A DNA stretch of 64,000 nt, from contig JAQGDQ010000577.1 in NCBI GenBank assembly GCA_030141605.1, positions 1-64,000 of the forward strand. Reading direction: 5' to 3'. Under the pieces are notes generated by a model. The model ran no database searches. It was given only the letters and a program-made list of their open reading frames with translations, and had not been told where the DNA came from. This document shows, one piece after another, positions 12,946-64,000 of the stretch. The position numbers were made by a program, and so were the translations under genes. This DNA is from Tubiluchus corallicola (taxonomy: Eukaryota; Animalia; Priapulida). The first letter of the stretch is position 1. Each line of letters opens with the position of its first letter.

Positions 12946-13998
12946 CAGTCTAGCCTCGTTATCTCGCCACTGTCCGTCTAGGGCAAATTTTTGGCGAGAG
13001 GCGAGTATGGTGAGATAACGGGAATATAACGAAGTTAGTCTATATGTATATACATAATAGTTGATTAACATAGTGTTCCTCTATGTACATATAAAATATA
13101 TTTCGCATTATGATACCAATCAACATTAAATCAGAAATGAAAAAATGTCATAAAAATAATCATGGAATGTTACTTTTTTATTTAAAAAACCTTTTTCGAG
13201 TATACACTTAAATGCAATAAACTTAGCAAAATATTTAGAAATGTTCACAAATGAGATACTGACGACTTAAATAATTCAGAAGAGACGACTGTTTCATTGA
13301 TGATACACGCAAGCAGTCAACACGACGTTTAATCAAACACAATCCTTGAATATCGTCGCATGTGACTCTGTCAGACTGTTCAAAGTATCGCATCAGTGTG
13401 TCGACAGCTGCTGCCGCCTGGTCATTCGATACATGAGATGCGCCATGAGACACTTCTCGGCTAACAGTGTCACCAAATTTCGCACTAAATACAGTAGCAA
13501 TTTCCTGCTGTGTCTTTGAAGAATTATTCGTATGATAAATACAAATTTCCTTTTTTTGTTCAGGATTAAGACAAAACAGTTTTCGCTTCAGAGACATCAT
13601 GTAAAGTTGCTCACACTTTGTGGAAACTCAAACTTAAATGCAGCTTTGGTTTTATAGAGTAAGGATATCAGTGATGCTTTAGTTTCTCTGCGCATTAACC
13701 AACCACAGCACTCCTAATCTAATCCTGGAGAGGCACACACTAGATTAATTATGTCTGTCTATCGAGTACAGCAGCATTGTCTACATACCGCGGTTATATT
13801 GTCTACATACCTTCTTATCTTTCAGTACAAAATTTAACACAATAATTGAAAGCCAATCCAATCAAATAAGCACAAATACAGCCCTTTGGCACAGACAGAC
13901 AGACAGACAGACCACCTTTTAAAATGAAATAAACGAACTTTGAAAAATGCATTTAGCAATGATTGGGCACTTTACTACATAACGGGTTTATTAAACTG
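12946..13998 (-). mobile_element. Internally deleted Tigger/pogo (Tc1/mariner superfamily) element
   Basis: Left end ta|CAGTCTAGCCTCGTTATCTCG is a Tigger-type TIR with TA; contains ORF 13235-13600 with CENP-B/psq-type HTH N-terminus and Tigger C-terminal tail; right end (…taaactg|ta at 13998) is only a weak TIR match. Confidence 0.7.
13235..13600 (-). pseudogene. Truncated Tigger/pogo transposase ORF (HTH N-terminus fused in frame to C-terminal tail; DDE domain deleted), 121 aa
   Basis: KRKLFCLNPEQKKEIC...TQQEIATVFSAKFG..VSR resembles the CENP-B N-terminal HTH; VSNDQAAAAVDTLMRYFEQ...KQSSLLNYL resembles Tigger C-termini. Confidence 0.75.
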
Positions 13999-14170
13999 TA
14001 CTTCTGCTTTCTTGGCTTAAGTTATGACCTAGGTGTCAAAGTAATTATACAGTTAACAACCAGTTTTAAATAATCAAACAAAAGGACTAAAAAGCAGAAA
14101 AAATGTAATAAAAAACATTCTATGAAAATTGAACGTATTTCCTAAATAGTCATAAAAAAACAAAAAAGGA

Positions 14171-14176
14171 TTTATT
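14171..14176 (-). promoter_or_regulatory. Candidate polyadenylation signal (AATAAA) of THADA
   Basis: tttatt on the plus strand, about 150 nt past the THADA stop codon at 14323. Confidence 0.4.
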
Positions 14177-14322
14177 GCACATCATAAGCAGTGTATATTT
14201 GGCGACAACAATCAATTAATTGCACAATTTCATTAAAAATAACATTCATCACACTAATAAATGGAAACAATTTACTAAACAAATCATTTTACAAAATTTA
14301 ATTCCTACATTTACAGTTATTC

Positions 14323-60505
<46,183 letters not shown>

Positions 60506-60702
60506 TTTAGGGTTTACAAACTGTTGTACTCAGCGATGGCTGAGCTGAAAATAGACAACAGATAAACCGCAGTTTTCGAACAGCTCTGCTCTAATAAATC
60601 ACGTTAATTGCTTAAGGTTCTCAGCAATTAGGAAGCAGACATAAAGAACCAACAATGAAAAATCACTGGTATTAACTGTGTAAGCACTGTCATTATTAAT
60701 TA

Positions 60703-61305
60703 CACTCATATCTCGGTTTGTTGGACCTCGCTTTTACGGATATCGAAGAATCGGAACAAAATCTGGACGGTTAAAAAGTCCCGCTCACTATGGACACAGT
60801 CAGTTATTTTGTGAGCCGACCGATTGTTGTCGGGCTACCACTTTGTTTACGTTATTACATCAGTGTAACCAATTTAAATTTAAATTGATTTATTTCACAT
60901 TCACGGTTAAAAGTAAGTACAAAAAAAATCACAACAAAATACAAAGATTGCCAAAATGTGAGGGCAACATATGACCGTTAGGTCCTTCACGTTGCCCTTA
61001 TGTGATAATCATTAAATAAGAAGTGGAAGAACGTGTATTAGACTGTATATAACCGCGATTATATCTCTATAATTAAAAATATGGAGTCAATTATGCGGAG
61101 TTATTTGAGTCAACTGCCAACTGTTTTTGTATACTTTTGCATAGGAGCGGCCGTAACTAGACGTTTTTGTGACAAATAGCCGACCGATTCTTCACTACTG
61201 TGAGTCTAATACACGGCACCTACTCTATACTATTAGCATGGTATCAGTGCTACGCTGATGTCTCGACGTCTCGCTGCTTTTGTCCGGCAAACTCAGATAT
61301 GAGTG
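60703..61305 (+). mobile_element. Tc1/mariner-pogo MITE family H copy 2 with nested insertion
   Basis: ta|CACTCATATCTCGGTTT ... AAACTCAGATATGAGTG|ta; about 230 bp longer than copy 1 because of a segment at about 60870-61105. Confidence 0.85.
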
Positions 61306-61673
61306 TAATTTATTATTTTAATTCCAATGACACACCTTATAAACTATTTGACAACTAGGGCTGTAATGATACACCCAAGTCAAGACATGATACATATCAC
61401 GATACTAACCACACAATAAGATACTATTTGTAAAGTATTAATTTTCCAAATGAGGTGAATGGCTGTCAACTCTCCAGATCACTCACAAGCCACGACGTAC
61501 ATATGAGACATCTCCTCGACTAGACACCATAAAAGCTTATCTCATTCTCAGCCCTAAAAAAACCTTTCGGTCATCTTGAAAAGGTAAAAGCCTTACATAA
61601 AAATATTACTATATAATTCCAAAAAAACGTGCCAGTTCGTGCAAAAAATAATACAGCAATAGAAGAAACTAAC

Positions 61674-61788
61674 ATCATTTTCAAAATGACCGAAAGTGAT
61701 TCCGGTTTCGCTCCACACTTGCTCAGATTTTCGGTTTCAGGTTTCAATGTTATCCAAAGATACTGAAGACAGCTAGGTCCAACAGAAT
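61674..61788 (-). other. Candidate 5' UTR exon of THADA
   Basis: Flanked by acceptor ttttatcag and donor gttagt on the minus strand; the ATG-containing exon also has an acceptor at 60544 with an in-frame upstream stop, implying upstream non-coding exon(s). Confidence 0.35.
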
Positions 61789-64000
61789 CTGATAAAAATT
61801 AATGTTTTTAAGCAATTATGCTTACTAAGGTTTGCCATTTTAATACAAAACCTATTAAATTTTAACAAAGTCATTACCCCATTACTCATGAGAATGATGA
61901 TGATCATAGCGTGCTCAACGATGAGAGTACATATCTAAGCATTATAACGCCCAGTTATCGCCATTAGAACATTCACTAGGCTTATCCTTTACTGTGGTTT
62001 TGATCAAGGTTTTTTGTCTATACTGTGAATAAATATAAACTAATGGCAGTTAACAATAAGTAAAGCACAGTTGAAACATTGAATCGGCTTTTCATTCACC
62101 AGCCACCATGTGCACATGTTAGTTTTAATGTAATAACTGCAAACGACAACAGCAACAAAATTCGTCATGCTACACACAAGCATAGAAGGTTACAAGGACA
62201 TGACTTGTGCTTTGGAGTGTGGACTGGGCAGTAGACAGTTGATCAATGGGCAGTACATGGCAGTACATGTAAGTATATTTCTGTCAAAATTAGAGACTGT
62301 GTTGGACACACGTGGCATTCACATTAAAATAATACTGAAGACAAGACAGGTCCTCTATTTATTCAGCAACGCATTGATGTGACAAGTCGTTTCCTGCCTC
62401 ACTAGCAAAATGTTAAGTTGCATTCTACAGTGTAAAGTTTGTGTTTATCATATATCAGTTTTATCATGTCTGCAGATTTGTTTAAAACTAATGTAAATAA
62501 AGAACTACAGGCGTTTTAATTTGTTATTTTAACCGGTAATTAGTATAATTACATTTAGCATGTGATTATAACTTACAATTAGTTAATGCTATTATCAACA
62601 TAGTGATTGAAAGTACCAATTTAGTTTAACATAATTTATAGTTATCTATGGCTAAGGTTGTTGTTGTCAATTGTTTGTAACTTGATGTTTTGTTGTAAAA
62701 CCACGCGAAGATATTTCGCATTGCTCAAAATGCTTTCGCCAAAAACTGAATCGATCGTAGCATCGTGTCGGGGGTGCATTATCTTTCTTATTATGTTGAT
62801 TAAATGATTTGGTCATCGCTCTAGAGTGAAATGCATTAGAAGAACTGCTTACGATAATGTATGTGTGTGTATTAGATTTGTATGCCATGCACACTTTATA
62901 TATTTTCTGATACTTAAATAATGTTATCTATCGATATAGTGAGCCCTCAGGAGAGCATATCGTTTAGTTGCTTCAATTGAGTCGGCACCAGTGGAGACTA
63001 GTAGTATAAAAATGACCAAGTCGTAGTTTTCACTTAAAATTAAATTAAATTTCTGTTAACAGCCACTATTATGTCAGCTGTTGTCCCGTGGTTGCTGTTT
63101 ACTATCAGCTTTTTTTCAGATTTCTAATCTAACCTACAATTTTATAAGCATCGTAGGTAAATATTCAGTTTGTTTAAAATAATTTTCACTGAACCTTTGG
63201 TGATTACAACTGAATTTTACCGGACTGGAGCTTTTTACTGATATTGGAGTAGAAAATTAGGTGATCCGAATATTTGGTGCATCCCTAGATGCAAACGATA
63301 ATTCTATAGTTTCCTACTATAATCATTTATTCAATAGATGTGAGCTCAAAGCTATGCTAATAAACAACTTATAGGACTAAGAGTGATACTTTTCCATTAT
63401 GCATACAACGAACCCCCAGTTTACAGAGCCAATTGACTAGTGACTGTCGCCAAAATAGTGGCGAATAAAGCACAAAATTTGCCAGACTATAGTTACATAG
63501 GACAGATGATTTATATGTTAGGCTATTTTTACTGCTGAGTTGGACACCATATATCCATTACCATTGGGCTACTAAAGAAACAGTACCTATACATGTGATA
63601 TCATGTACTGTTGCATAGCTGTATATCAGACAAACATGAGACAGAGCTCTAATTTAGGATTAAGAGTGTCAGGATCAGGCCTATTTTGAAACAAAATCTC
63701 AAACGACTCTTTTCCACTATTTTGTTAGTGAGCAAAGAAAATCAAAGATCACAAAGTTTAAAAAGTTAATTATAGCTGCTTTTGTGCACTTTTACTTCTA
63801 TTGTACTTTTACTTACTTACTGTATACTGAAAAACTGTATACTATCGATTTGCATTGCATCCTGGCCTGGGAATACAACAACAGTAACACAAAGGTCTTG
63901 CTTTGTTAAACAAGAGTAGCATTATTCTGCGTATCAAATATGCAGTCGCTTTTATCTATGTCTGCCAAATAAAAGAGTTGTCACAGTTTGTATGATCTCA

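Noticed and set aside
61800-64000. Possible additional gene upstream of THADA
   Set aside because: No recognisable coding exons on either strand; only partial hAT-like termini (about 61357 and 63287) and AT-rich sequence.

Overview
AT-rich animal (invertebrate-type) nuclear genomic DNA. Three protein-coding genes can be reconstructed by hand: (1) a complete THADA/Trm732 orthologue on the minus strand (34 GT-AG coding exons, 60505->14323, about 1,940 aa, starting MGVKKR and containing the DUF2428 'CATRRSAGIPFY' motif); (2) downstream and co-oriented, the 5' part of an anoctamin/TMEM16 gene (13 coding exons, 11955->beyond position 1); (3) an intronless class A GPCR (31795-32742, + strand) nested antisense in THADA intron 20, with the aminergic D3.32/W7.40/Y7.43 residues but no TM3-ECL2 disulfide cysteines. 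Introns are packed with non-autonomous transposons (hAT, Tigger/pogo, piggyBac-, Kolobok-, Sola1- and Harbinger-like MITEs, RTE/L2-type retroposon pieces, tRNA-derived SINE heads) and with mini/microsatellites. No prokaryotic systems, CRISPR arrays, rRNA or bona fide tRNA genes were found. All coordinates and family calls were read manually without database searches.
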